A stretch of DNA of 52,558 nucleotides, filler included, from Sphacelaria rigidula (GCA_964200075.2; 4 parts of 4 records of this genome joined end to end with filler, not necessarily neighbours in it); one strand, 5' to 3'; counted from the whole stretch's first letter, positions 35,874 to 47,679 are shown. Notes: generated from the sequence alone by a model not told the origin. Translations and numbers: made by a program.

Positions 35874-38800
35874 GTTGCCGTGTATCTTTGTTGGGAATAT
35901 GGGACGGGGTTGATATTCGAGTTCCGAAGGTGGCGAGGACGGCGTACCGTGTCCCCGGCTACCCTGTGTTGTGACAGCGTGCTTGCAGCACCCAATATCA
36001 TGGGGTGCTTGGGACACCGACTGTCGAAAATACCAAGTGTTCCGGGGTACCTGTATTTTAGACCGGAAAATATGCTGGAGTGTTGCAGGGTACCTGAAAC
36101 ACTGAGTTGTACCCGCTCGTACCCGTACCCCGTACCTGTACCTGTACCTGTACCCTATACCCCAAGCACGATTGCAAGTTTTCCTGACGTAGCCGATCGC
36201 TACTGCCGACGTCACCAAAGACACTCTAACGTTGGATGGTGAGTAGTAGCACTTATCTATGTTACGCATGCCTATTTTTGTCTGCGAAAACACGTTTGTT
36301 CTCTCTGTGTGTGGGTGTGTTTTTTGTGAGCCCTGCGAAGGCAAGTTCTATCCGCTGGGGCGAAGAGGGAAACACTAATAGAGTTTATTCATGGGGGTCG
36401 TGTTCGGTTCTTTTTGGCCCGTGTATTGCAGCAACGTTTCCAGCGCGGTGCTGTTGGGGACCGTTCGTTGAAACTGCTCGAGGTTTCCACACAACGAGAG
36501 AGGAGGAAGTGATAGCTAAAGATGGTGTACACGAGAAGCAACGAATTTTATCTGTGAAGCGAAGGAGATACTCTGTTCAGGGCACATGAGCAATTCGTAT
36601 ATCTGGTCGGGTATGTGAATGACGACGTACTCCATCGTGCGTCAGGAATTTTCGTAGGCATCATCTATTTGGATCTTTTATGGGGGGGAAGTTTACCGGG
36701 TTTGGTTTTGCCGAACGAGAGTATATGCTTCTATTACTGCCACTCTTTGTAGAAGCACATGGGTTTGATTGTGTGATGGTCGGGAATGAGCGGTCCGTGT
36801 TGGGGGAACTGACGATAATATAAAAGTTGAGTTAAGACAAAGGTGAAAGAGAGGAGATGAACAAAAATACGTGCGGATATGTAGGTTGCAACAAAGCTAG
36901 GATTTCGCTTGCTTTTTGTTTTTGTTCGCTCCATGTGTAACACGCCTGTTGAACCAAGTCGCCTGTACCTTGTAGGTTGTTCTTTTTTATTGGTTATGTA
37001 GCGCACCGCACTGGCCAATTCATACCGCCGCCGTTCATGGGGTCCCGGCAGATGTGCAACTACTGTACCATAGCAAGGATACAGCTGCGCTGCGTGTCTA
37101 TGCTATTGTTAGACCCTTGTAGTTGTACAGTATAGGTACACGTGCGCCTAGTCCATGTACTTGAAATCGTATGCATCTGCTTGCGCGCTTGTGTTGTGTC
37201 CGTGTGTCTGTGTCTGTGCATGTGTGTGTCTGTCTAAGGTGTTACGTGTGGGGGGGGGAAATATGTGTTCGGTTGTCAAGGAAGGGAAGAACTGCAAGTG
37301 TTTTCGTGATCATGGGGGTGTTTTTCAAAGAGAAACCTGCTTGTTTTTGCACACGTTGCAAAAAGTCGAAGTACGTTCTGGTGTTCAAATCGAGCAGCAT
37401 TTGCGCGCCACTTGCAGCAGTACCGTGCGCTTTTTGCGCCAGTTGGATCATGTTTTTGGCACATCACTATATGTACTACTGGTCGCCGGCCAGTTGTAGG
37501 AATGTATGTTTTGGCTCTCTTTCTTGGATCTCACATGAGCCCCTTTGGTCACACCCGCGGTCGACGGTCAATTGGAGGATGTTTTGGTACAAATTGGAGA
37601 AAGTGTCGGCGCCAATTGCAGCATGTTTCAGCCCTGCTTCGAAGCAGGTTTGTGCGCAAATTTGCAGACAACATGTGCTCGGCCGCGTTCGGCGCAGTGT
37701 TCGCTTCGCGATGATCGCACATCCACAGCGAGGGCTGAGGATATACATATTTATGTTCACGGTCGAGGTGCATGAAGGTGTGTAGGGAAACATGTCAGGC
37801 ACGTGCGTTGGGGCTGGATGCATTGGCCGTTCGATGTCGGCGGGTTTCAGTTCTCAAAGTCCCTCTCAAGCCGGCGCCATACCGCTATGGTGGAAATTTA
37901 GTAGTGTGGTGTATCAACGAATACTTGTCTTCGGTAGGTGTTGCTTGTGACAGAACATGAAGATTGGGTGGTCGGAAGAAACAGGAAATGCGGTAAAAAT
38001 GTCGGCGATGTTTCGGCGTAGTTGTTTTTGTAATGTTTTTTACTCCCTTGGCCCATGTATGTCGCGCCAAGTCGTCCGGCTTTCGTTGTTTCTTTTTAAT
38101 CTCGTTGTTACTACTGTTATGGTGTTGTGGTCGTTGTGGTTGTCGTTGTTGTCGTTGTTGTCGTTGTTGTCGTTGTTGTTTTTACTGCTGTTGTTGCTGT
38201 GTTTACTGCCGTTGTTTTTGTCAGAAAAGAAAAAGTGTTTCGGTTTGGACAGGGGGAGTATGTGTCTGTTTGTCCTGATTGATCTAGTGTTTTTGGTTGT
38301 TTCTCACCGAGAACGCCTTGATCTGTATGGCATAGCGCCCATCTCTCGGCGCGGCACGCCTGATACTCGGCAGGTTCTGGATCGTCCTCTCTCTTTTTGT
38401 TGCGTCGGTGTTACGTTAGCTCGCTTTGGGGACTTCGGCAAGTGCATGAAATAAGGAATGAATGGTGCCGTCCTGAATGTTTTGTGATAAAGAAAAATCA
38501 AGTGTGGAAAGCAAATTTTATGCCTGTCCCAGCTAGCTAGATTTTTCATTCGATCTATCCGGCGCGGGTTGGTTATGTGGTTTTCGTTCATCGTAAGTTT
38601 TGCGCCAATTGTTGGGTTTCCATCTGTTGTCGGTTTGCTACCGCTGCTGCTGTTGCTTCGTGGCAGTCGCTTGTTTTGGTACATCGAGTTGAATTTTTAT
38701 TGGTGGTTCGTTGGTTGATGGTCTTTGACGACGAGAAACGATACTATGTCGATGTTGTTCTGTAGGCATTTAGTTCGTAGCAGGGAAAAAGAAGGGGAAT

Positions 38801-39313
38801 GTAACAGTATGAAGAAACGAATCGAGATTATTCTCTGCCCCACGTGTGAGGCTGGTGACGCCACGCTGAGCTATAATCCAGGAGTTGTCTTCTCCATGAC
38901 TTTTTGCCTTTTTCGTTTGTTCGATAACAGCTAGCACAAAGCTATATCAACGGCCGAATCTCTTGCGTCATTTAGTCGTCGTGTATACTACTGCTGCTGC
39001 AGCACACCTTGTGCTATCAAATACGACCGAGAAACATCCCTACCCGCATCCTGTTGGTCATTTTCTACGGCAAAGTGAGGCACACAGCATGAAGCTGGCG
39101 ATGATCGTTCCTGGCGGCAATCAAACTACGGAAATTTCGGGGTACCCTCAGAGATACTGTACTGATACCGCTGCGTGAATCACGCACAAACAACGCTTCT
39201 GGAAACTACCAGTGTTTGGGCAGTGTACCTATGATACACCCCCAGGCAACCTCGAGGATTCCGCACCGGTGATCACCATGTGGTGGGCACGTGTGTTCTA
39301 TATTTGAGCCATG

Positions 39314-39395
39314 CTACGATAGGGGGGGGCGTACTCATTTGTTGCTTACCTTAGTCGTTTGACCATTGACCACGCATCCCTTTCGGGACGGAGAA
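39314..39395 (-). mobile_element. End of the CTACGATAGGGGGGG element at contig end
   Basis: Reverse complement of 1-82. Confidence 0.75.
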
Positions 39396-39495
39396 NNNNN
39401 NNNNNNNNNNNNNNNNNNNNNNNNNNNNNNNNNNNNNNNTTAATTAATTAANNNNNNNNNNNNNNNNNNNNNNNNNNNNNNNNNNNNNNNNNNNN
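39396..39495. other. Artificial contig-join spacer (N44-TTAATTAATTAA-N44)
   Basis: Same 100-bp structure as 13067-13166. Confidence 0.97.
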
Positions 39496-40703
39496 TTGGT
39501 GGGGGGGGGGGGGGGGGGGGTGGGGTGGGGGGGGGGGGGGGGGGGGGGAGTACAGACGAAACAAAAAAATAGACAAAAAAAAAAGAAGAAACCACCAGGA
39601 ACAAAATATGAACAAGGCAGAGATGGGGACCAAACACAATGCTCTTCGTATCTGGCGTACGTAGGCTATGGTGAGTTGCTGTTGGTACTGTCGGTCCCAG
39701 GTGCTGTCGGTACATCTTGGCCTGCAGCTTTCGCGTGCCGTATCGCTGCCTCTGCGTCATCCTTTTGGCACCAGTCCGTGATAAACCTTTCTGCCCCCCG
39801 TTCAACACAGCTATGCCACTCTACTGCATATTATTTGTGCCGACGTCAGTTACGTTGACTTGACCACCTACCAGATCGGAATTTTTATTTTCCGCCGCCC
39901 GTTTTCAATCGAAGAGTAGTTCAAGACAAGGCCTCGGCACATTTTTTTCGTTCGAGGAAAAAGTGCGGTGGAATCAATCCAAGCGAATTTGGTCATTTTT
40001 CGTTAGTTGGGTCGAAGCATGTTTCCAGTCGAAAATATTATCTCGGGTGTATCTTTGTTCCTCTTGGCGCGCCACTATTTCTAAGACATAGTTGAAGCTA
40101 GCTAGGAACATAAATGCTGCGGACCTATCGAATCGTTATATTACATTATTTTCCGCACTTTTTCGATTAAAAAAGAATGTGCTAAGACACACACCAAGAC
40201 TGATTTCGGGGGTGATGAAAATAGGGCATCAGCTCTCAACCAATTAACCTCCAGGTTTGACGATTCACCCTCCTCTGTGTTATCTTGAGAAAAAAAAAAT
40301 ATATTGCGCTTGTTCGGATACCAGAAAGGCGTACTCATCTATGGTGATCTACGTGTGACACAGCTTTTTGCGCTTTGCCACCTCTCCGAAAAATCACCAG
40401 GAAAACGATACAATGGAGACGGAACGTAAGAAGCTGTGGAGCGGAGGACCTCTCGTCCAAGGAACGATGCCGTCCCGTCAGAAATGAGGTGAGGTTACAA
40501 TATCGCGATGTTCCTTGCAGATTGACGGTGAAGTGTGCGTGGTGACAAGGGATGCAAAGCTCGACAGCGGCTGTGTCGTTCCCGGCGTCGTCGGCAAAAC
40601 GGCGTCGCCGGCAAAACGGGCCTTCACCAGATCGCGTGCACAATAGTAGAGCATGCTCTATTCCTCGTTTTTGAAAACATATCCTTCTGTTTCGTTGTTG
40701 CAG

Positions 40704-41219
40704 GGGGTCACGCTTGATTCTGTACTCCCACCCCTGACTGAGCGTACAGTGCTTTTGTATCAAGCCAACTTTGTGGGAGTCGAGAGTTGGGCGTGGGCGC
40801 TGCACCTTGCATCTCGCAAGCCCTACGCGTGCGTGTTCCCCGCGTACGCTTCCAGAAAGATTGCATCAGATTTCACTGCTGTCTGCGTCCAAAATGTACC
40901 TGAAGAGCCGCATCTTCCTGGTGCATCGAAACCAAACCTTGCAGGCTGCGGCTGATTTCTTGGAGTCTCCGGCGGCTGTGCACGAAACTGATTTCATGAA
41001 GAACCATATTTTGCGCCTACACGAGCAATCCACTGGGCGGGCTACAGCTGATATCTCCGACCTTGCGGCGGCTGAACGGGAGACTGGGGGAGAAAAGACT
41101 TGGAAGGGACAACTCCTGTACCTTTACCAGCGATCCGTTGATCTGGCTACGGCTGACGTGGCATTCCCGCAGTGTGTACCTGGGATCCCTGGGAGGAGCA
41201 GCGGGTGCGGCGAGACAAG
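40704..41219 (+). pseudogene. Exon-like coding segment of unknown protein with apparent 1-nt frameshift near 40848
   Basis: TTGCAG| acceptor and AG|GTATGT donor; protein-like text switches from ...KPYACVFPAY (ORF 40653 frame) to LPERLHQISLLSASKMYLKSRIFLVHRN... (ORF 40771 frame). Confidence 0.4.
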
Positions 41220-42198
41220 GTATGTCAGTTTATTGTTGTTGTTGTGACCACCATTTTTTTTCACCCCGTTGCTGCTTCTCCCCATTGGCAGTGCTGACTG
41301 TCTCCTCTTTTTCCGCGTTTGTCGGTAGTGTTTGATTGAGTGCTTGATTGCTTGATTGATTGTGGCCCATTGACTGCCCCCCCTTAGGTATTCCGCCGCC
41401 GTCACAATGTAGACCTGTTCTAGATGAACGAAACGGAAAGACTGGCTGAAGGAAACTCGAGAAAGCCAAACCAAAAAGGAATATCTAACGAACAGAGTGA
41501 AGAGAACAGAAGAGAAGCGCAACACGTGAACGAACAAAGAGCAGGGAGAAAAGACAGAACATGAAATGAAATGAAAGGCGTGTATAGACACATATGCACC
41601 TACATCCTCTGAAAGCAAAAGTGTGGAACCGTGGTTACTAGCCCATAAAGAGTATAATATATAGATTACTCAAAGCGCCTGTTGAGGACGTATGAGCTTT
41701 TCACATTTGCGATAACACGAACACCCCAGATCAAATCGGATAAGAATGACTCGCACAAACAGTGGGGGATAAGCAATCAAAACCCACAAACTCGCTAGCA
41801 ATCTTCTTTGCCGACATTGTTGGCTTGAGCACCAAACACACGCAAGAAGATTCGTGAAAAAAAAAAAAAAAGTACTACCACCGTTAGCAGGCGAGAAAGT
41901 TCCCCTAGAGAGGTCCAAGGTCCCAAGGGATCGACTCATCTCTCCCGCGGTATCCCCCACAACGGGTGAATTACCGTGTGTGTCTTGAGAGGATTTGTGA
42001 CCTTCTGATCGTCCGCTTCCTTTCTTCTCTGGGAGGAGGGGCACAAAAGAGTCGCTCCCTATGGTCTTTCCACATCTGCGTGCTTTTGCGCTATTGTGTC
42101 AGCAGTGGTGATGGAAATCCCGACAGCCCGGGCGCCCTTTAGTCGCCTTCGTTCGTCGCCCCTCGCGTCTTTCCTTGGCCACTTGTCTTTATTACCGC

Positions 42199-42882
42199 AT
42201 GATCATGGATGACAGTGAGCGTGTTGATCAAGAGGCGGGGGTCTTTAAGCATGTTGGTGGAGATTGGCGCAGTCGCGGGATGGTTGTCGTAGAGGTGGAG
42301 GCATCACAGCATGTCCGCGGAGGATGGCGATTGAGAGGGAATTTGGGCAGACATCTGGAGCCGAGGGCCAACACGTCGCTGTTACCTCTGGCTCCCGCTG
42401 CCAGGGAGGATCCAGGGAGACTTGATGAGATGGCAGTGGAGAGTGAAGAATCACTTGAGGGGGTTTGCCCGTGGAGGGAGCGTCCAGACGGCGGACGCGG
42501 CAGCCTAGCCTTGGTCCAGTATGTGCCACCTGGAGGGGTGTCATTCACCACTGCACGGCCGTCTGGATACTCCATGTTTGGGTGCGTCCGGAACGTATCC
42601 CTTGCCGCGGGTGGCGGAGGTGATGGTGACGGCGTGGCTCTTCCACATCAAGGCGGAGTGGGACTAGCATGGATAACGTGGGGGAGGTTGGTCGCCGCGT
42701 TCCTCACTGTCTACGTCTTGCTTATCGTGAAAGAGCTTCTGGTTAAAGCCGGCGCGAGCACAGAGATGCGCTCCAGAGGGCGACGTCGTAGAGCGGCAAC
42801 AAGACGAAGGAAGCAGAGGCAGGAGCAGGCCGCGCCCGACGATCAACCCGTGGCGGTGGCGAGGGTGGGCACTGATGCCGAG
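42199..42882 (+). CDS. Orphan multi-exon gene, first large exon (start uncertain), with TM helix
   Basis: Open frame with hydrophobic LAWITWGRLVAAFLTVYVLLIV followed by an Arg-rich stretch; donor GAG|GTATGC, phase 0. Confidence 0.6.
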
Positions 42883-43068
42883 GTATGCGCACACGACATG
42901 AATTCCGTACGACACAAGATCTTTTTATTTCTCCTTGTACGAGAAACGTATCACATACTGTAGGAACGATCACAATACAGGGCCTTGCACTGACGTTGCT
43001 ATTTCGAGCGATCAGGACCGCCCTTCCCCCCCCTCCCCCCGTGCTTATCTTCTGGTGGCACTAAGCAG

Positions 43069-43365
43069 GTCTTCCTGGTGGGGGATGAAGGACTATTCGG
43101 GCTGTTTGAAAGGTGCTTCGGCGGTATATACATGTATGAGCCCCGCCAACGGCACGTGGTTTGCTCGGGACTGCGAGACGCCGTGGGCTGCGAACGCGTG
43201 GCATCTTACCTTGAGTTCGCCGTACGCTGCTGTCGGGATGAAGGCCGCCAGGTCTGCTTCATCGATCGCTTCCGCCGATCACGTCACCTTTCTACAGTGG
43301 ACGTTTTAAGTGCTCAACTTTACGAAATCGTACCCAAATCGGACCCAGCACAGTGTTGCACACGG
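43069..43365 (+). CDS. Orphan gene exon
   Basis: CTAAGCAG|GTC...CGG|GTAATG, phase 0-0; VFLVGDEGLFGLFERCF...DPAQCCTR. Confidence 0.7.
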
Positions 43366-43460
43366 GTAATGTATAATAGACAGCGAAATACGAACAGGAG
43401 CTGAAGATGAAAACTGTCCTAATCCCATGCGTGGCAATCCGACAGTTGTGTCTTCAGCAG

Positions 43461-43508
43461 ATACCAGCGGTGCGCTACACTATTGCGCCGCACACACGCC
43501 CGCTGTGG
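43461..43508 (+). CDS. Orphan gene short exon (NAGNAG acceptor, 43458 or 43461)
   Basis: TTCAGCAG|ATA...TGG|GTATTC; IPAVRYTIAPHTRPLW, phase 0-0. Confidence 0.45.
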
Positions 43509-43582
43509 GTATTCACGTCTCGAGCGTTCCCCTTGCCTTTTCCCCGCCCGCATTGCCGTCATGTTTCGTGTCTTAATCTCAG

Positions 43583-44080
43583 CCGTCCGACTTCACTTTG
43601 AGTCGGTATTGGATAGTGAATGCCGACCTCGTCCGGAAGGAGAATGCTTCTCGATCGGTGTGGAAGGGGAAGTACCCGACTCGCGGGCCTACCCTTGAAG
43701 ACGCAGCCAAGATGTTCGGGTGTTTGGGAGCGTTTGTCCATCAAGATGGCATGAGATTTCAGACGGGATCTATTGGATCATTTCAGGATACACCGGTCCC
43801 GTTGGACTGGCGGCAGCGCGAGGGGGCAGACAGCAATGGCAAAGCCGCGGAAGCGTGGGAGACTGGGTATGTTAAGGTAGCCGAGCTTTTCGGGCTGACC
43901 GAGCTCGTTGGAAACCTGGAGGGGCTACTGCGACCGCTTATAGAATCCAAGAAGAACACCGTCGTCTTCCCGATCTCGGTGGACGCCGGCGTTGGGCTCC
44001 AGATTCTAGATAGTCTACATATCCGTGCGGCAAAATTGAGTGCCCATACCGCCAAGAAGATCAACCGGATGCTCGGAGGG
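43583..44080 (+). CDS. Orphan gene exon
   Basis: TCTCAG|CCG...GGG|GTGAGG, phase 0-0; 166 open codons PSDFTLSRYWIVNADL...KKINRMLGG. Confidence 0.72.
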
Positions 44081-44163
44081 GTGAGGTGCCCATTTTCGTT
44101 GCCGCGACGATGCACTACATACCTCGCCTATGAGCTCGTAACTGAACACCTCGAATCACATAG

Positions 44164-44217
44164 GTGCACCATCAGTCAGTCAAGAGACCCACGGAACCCG
44201 AGCTCCGAATGGCACAA
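44164..44217 (+). CDS. Orphan gene short exon
   Basis: CATAG|GTG...CAA|GTAAGC; VHHQSVKRPTEPELRMAQ, phase 0-0. Confidence 0.6.
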
Positions 44218-44377
44218 GTAAGCCTTGGAGCGAAAACGATCATAACAATACCACCCTCCACCTGCCCTCCGCTTTCTGTTTTATTCAATACATACCATCG
44301 CCAAACAGCATCAAGCGTCGGAACAGGAATTGCCGTCGGTCGTCGCAACTTGTACGCTAAACATTTGTTCTGGTTAG

Positions 44378-44590
44378 CACTTTGTGGTACCACTTTCCTG
44401 TACAATTTCCCCCCGCGCTTCTCGAATTTTGTGTTGCAATGCGGTGACGGCAATAAAGGATACGGAGAGTAGCGTCAAGCTCGGGGTGGACCTCGAAGAG
44501 GGAAAGATTGACGTTGAGGGGACATGGACGCAGGTGAACGAGTTCATGAAGAAGCCAGTCCCTACCGCACTTAGCCTCTACATCATCGAG
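44378..44590 (+). CDS. Orphan gene exon, KH-like segment
   Basis: Branch-like GCTAAAC, TTAG|CAC...GAG|GTGAGA, phase 0-0; HFVVPLSCTISPRASRILCCNAVTAIKDTESSVKLGVDLEEGKIDVEGTWTQVNEFMKKPVPTALSLYIIE. Confidence 0.65.
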
Positions 44591-44711
44591 GTGAGATAAT
44601 TACTTCAGACTCGCGGATTTCTGTTGAAGTGGTGCGGGGAGCTGTCTGTACCTGCTCTACGGTACCGGGTCCCTGGGCTTAATCAGTTGTGCAGTCTCCT
44701 CCTCTGTTCTC

Positions 44712-44802
44712 TATCTGTCTCTATATGTCTGTCGCTGTCGGTGTCTCTGTCTCTGTCTCTGTCTCTGTCTCTGTCTCTGTCTCTGCCTCTGTCTGTCTGT
44801 CT
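44712..44802. repeat. (TCTCTG)n microsatellite
   Basis: Directly visible hexamer repeats. Confidence 0.9.
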
Positions 44803-45440
44803 CCATGTGTGCATGTTTTGTTCCTCCCGCTGTATGCAAATCGCAGTTTGCGCCGCGCCTCCGTAGGGTTCGTGGGTGTGAGCTCATACCAACATAGTGT
44901 GACCGGTGTAGATGAGCCGCTATCCTTCCCCATGGCTCTTCACTTCCTCTCGATCGGATATGAATGCACGTGCTATGTGCAACATTGTTTCCGTCGGAAG
45001 CCGTGCTGCGAAAGTCGGCCATTTAAAAAAACATTTCGTTGCCTTGTCTTGTCTTGTTTGTTCATCTGGCTTGTTTTGTTTGCTTTTTTGTCTTCTTCAT
45101 ATTCCAGTCTGCTCTTCGCCTCTGGTCCACCTTTGATGTTCTCTTCACTTTCCCTTCAGTGGATGTCTCCGTTTTGTTCCATCTCGGGTACGGCTATCAT
45201 TTGACCACGGCTGTATTCATGGGGAATCAGCTAGTGTGTGACAGTCAATCACCAATCAATTGGATCCGCGATGCCAAAATGCAAGGCGTGTGTCGAGAGA
45301 CAGACGGGTTGATCCCTCGGAAGCACGGATTCGTCCCGCGGAAGGGGCGGTGTTGACTTGTGTGCCAAAAAGGGGAAAATCAAAAGTTGTGTGTCAGTAC
45401 TCTTAGGACAATGACCTGAGTCAGTTAAGGAGAAGCCAAG

Positions 45441-45980
45441 AGTCCGAAGTACATATCTCACCCCGACGAGGTATGTCTCGAATGCAGTTGGGACCGGCTG
45501 CTTCATGAAGGCGTCCACGTGCGTCCTCGCACCCTCCATAACAATCGTTCCCCCTTCGACCTCTTCGAGGTTCCCCCCAGTTTGATGTTACCGTCCATAT
45601 CCTTTATTGCAGCCACGGCAACGCACAGTGCGGTGACTGCTATAAAGGATGTGGACGGTAAGGTTAAAGTGGGGGGGGCTTTGAAGATGGGTTGGTCGAG
45701 GTGCACGGGACATGAACGCACATCGAGGTATACTTGAAGCAGTCATAACCTACCGCACTCGGGCCATACATACCTCGTCAGGGTGAGATACGTACTTCGG
45801 ACTCGCTATTCCTCTTCTACTTGCTGCTTCATGGACGCCTCGACATGTGTCCACGTCCTTTCTACCTGTATGTCACTCTCTTCGAGGTTCATCCTCAGTG
45901 CGACTTTCCCGTCCATATCCTTCGTTACCCTTACCGTCTTGCACCACCGTGACGACACTGTAGTGTAATGCGGTGACGAC
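45441..45980. repeat. Intronic array of diverged copies of the 3' part of exon 44378-44590 in alternating orientation
   Basis: Copies at 45441-45620(-), 45629-45806(+), 45822-45945(-) and a stub at ~45963-45980(+); shared GCGGTGAC..AAAGGAT, CTTCATGAAGCAG-like and GTGAGATAnnTACTTCRGACTC segments. Confidence 0.8.
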
Positions 45981-46083
45981 AACAGAGCTCAGTTCTTGCC
46001 AGGAGGGTAGTGGCAAGTTCTCGCATTGTTTTGTTGCGCATTTTCACCCCTGTCACTTACGCGGCACGAGTCGTTGATCTCTA

Positions 46084-46260
46084 GGGATCAATCAATCAAC
46101 CCATTATCTCTCCCCCTGTACATCCCTTGAATTTTGGTCTCGCGGATTGATTGGATCATGACCATCAGCACTCCAGCACGTTTCAATTGTGGAACTCAGA
46201 AACTTCTGAGAAAAATCCCAAACGAATGTGTCGGGTATCGACCCCGCGTTATTCCGACCT
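46084..46260 (-). mobile_element. Degenerate partial copy of the tRNA-derived SINE
   Basis: Matches 8715-8915 (GGGATCA..ATCTCTCCCC..TTTTGGTCTCGCGG..). Confidence 0.6.
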
Positions 46261-46749
46261 GATCGGGAGCGGCGGCTAGACTTGAGTAGGCTCATGGGAC
46301 ATACCGTGCATTCGCTCTGCAATCTCGCACCTATCTTGCACCCTGTCTTTCGTTGGGTTGCCTACTTTTACCTCGTGCACCGTCGGGGTGGTGGATGGGA
46401 TAGAGCCAGAGTTCGATTCAGGGTCATCGGTCTGCGAAGCGGTGTTCACGGTAACCGCCGAGGTTTAGATGTAGAATCCCCACCCTCAACTTCTCAAAAG
46501 TGGAAGTTGGATGCTGAAACTCGAGCTTGAGCGGTCCGAAAGGGTTCAACTTCACCTGTAACATGACATCTGTACGGAGAATAGGTCAAAACCACCAGTC
46601 GTATGCAACTCAGTCAGTACAAGCACGAACATTCTGCAGGTTTGGTTCAGCCGGTACCGGAGCATGCTGGTAGTGTGGGAGAATGCAAACACCGCAACAC
46701 CTCTATGGTGCCCTGCTTCTGATAGCCTTTGGTTTTATGTCAACGACAG

Positions 46750-46926
46750 GTACCCATCTCCAGCGTCCGCATGATGCGATACCTCGCCGAGCCCAGTCGA
46801 ATGCAAGCTTTTGTTGTGGAGGCGCTTGGCGGATTGGATGACTGGATAACGGTTTCTCCTGACTGGTTCGGGAACCGGCTCTTGGTGGAGAGCGCACGGG
46901 AGCTACACGACAACAACAGAAAAGTG
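46750..46926 (+). CDS. Orphan gene exon, second KH-like segment
   Basis: GACAG|GTA...GTG|GTGAGA, phase 0-0; VPISSVRMMRYLAEPSRMQAFVVEALGGLDDWITVSPDWFGNRLLVESARELHDNNRKV. Confidence 0.7.
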
Positions 46927-47169
46927 GTGAGAGTAAGCACGCCATCCCCTTATTTTCTTTGTCCTCACTTCTACCTCCTCCCCTTCCTTGGGGCGAGCCC
47001 GTGGCCTCGTGGGATCACTGCTTGTTCATGTGTGCAGTCTACTCTCGTGTTTACTCTCTCTTCCTTCTTCATATTTTCCTCTACCCCACATTTCCTTTGG
47101 CGAGTATCTCCGACTCGTTGGCATGGGTATTCCGATCTTGTGACCGCAGCTGCATTCGTAGCGACCCAG

Positions 47170-47484
47170 ATTATGTGCCACAACCGCTCAATCAATGAAC
47201 CAATCAATCGAATCTCGAATCACCACAAGGCGGAGTTCCTGATCCAGAAGGCGAACGCGTGGGAGAGTCTGGAGTTCTCCGTGGCGCTGGGGGCTTCATC
47301 GGACGTGGACGAGCAGGCGTTTTGGCGCAAGATGGCGATTGGTGACACTACCTGGAGCGAGGTTACTTGTGCAATGGCGCAATACCTACACCCGAACGCT
47401 TTGTACCTCGAGGAGGGTCGTCTGAGGGGGAGGGCAGCTTCAGCCGAGGATGCCAAGGAGAAGCAGCGCATGCTAGAGCACTTT
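47170..47484 (+). CDS. Orphan gene exon
   Basis: CCCAG|ATT...TTT|GTGAGT, phase 0-0; IMCHNRSINEP...KQRMLEHF. Confidence 0.72.
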
Positions 47485-47584
47485 GTGAGTCATTGGACGC
47501 AAGGAATAGCATGTGGCAATAAACAAACTCGTAGCGTAGGGTTAATGACTTACTTGTGCGACTGACGTTTCCAACGAAACCAAG

Positions 47585-47679
47585 GCAGGACTACACGAAA
47601 TAATTTCAAAACGCAGCGGGCGCGGGCAGTTCGTCGACCGCAAGTTTCTCGACAACAACCTCGCTGCTGATCACAGCAA
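47585..47679 (+). CDS. Candidate further exon of the orphan gene
   Basis: CCAAG|GCA...AA|GTATGT; AGLHEIISKRSGRGQFVDRKFLDNNLAADHS; acceptor choice ambiguous. Confidence 0.35.

Noticed and set aside
37957..38454. Leu-rich membrane protein ORF
   Set aside because: The hydrophobicity comes from a (TTGTCGTTG)n/(GTT)n simple repeat; the ORFs at 9647 and 44689 are similar low-complexity artefacts.
26332..39395. Contig 3 as one 13-kb composite transposon carrying the GT exons
   Set aside because: The flanking repeats are the same end of two separate elements whose bodies extend outward; they explain the assembly breaks rather than enclosing cargo.
46729..47565. 278-aa single-exon ORF
   Set aside because: It contains a stop-free, pyrimidine-rich 243-nt intron (46927-47169) with canonical splice sites; better modelled as two exons.
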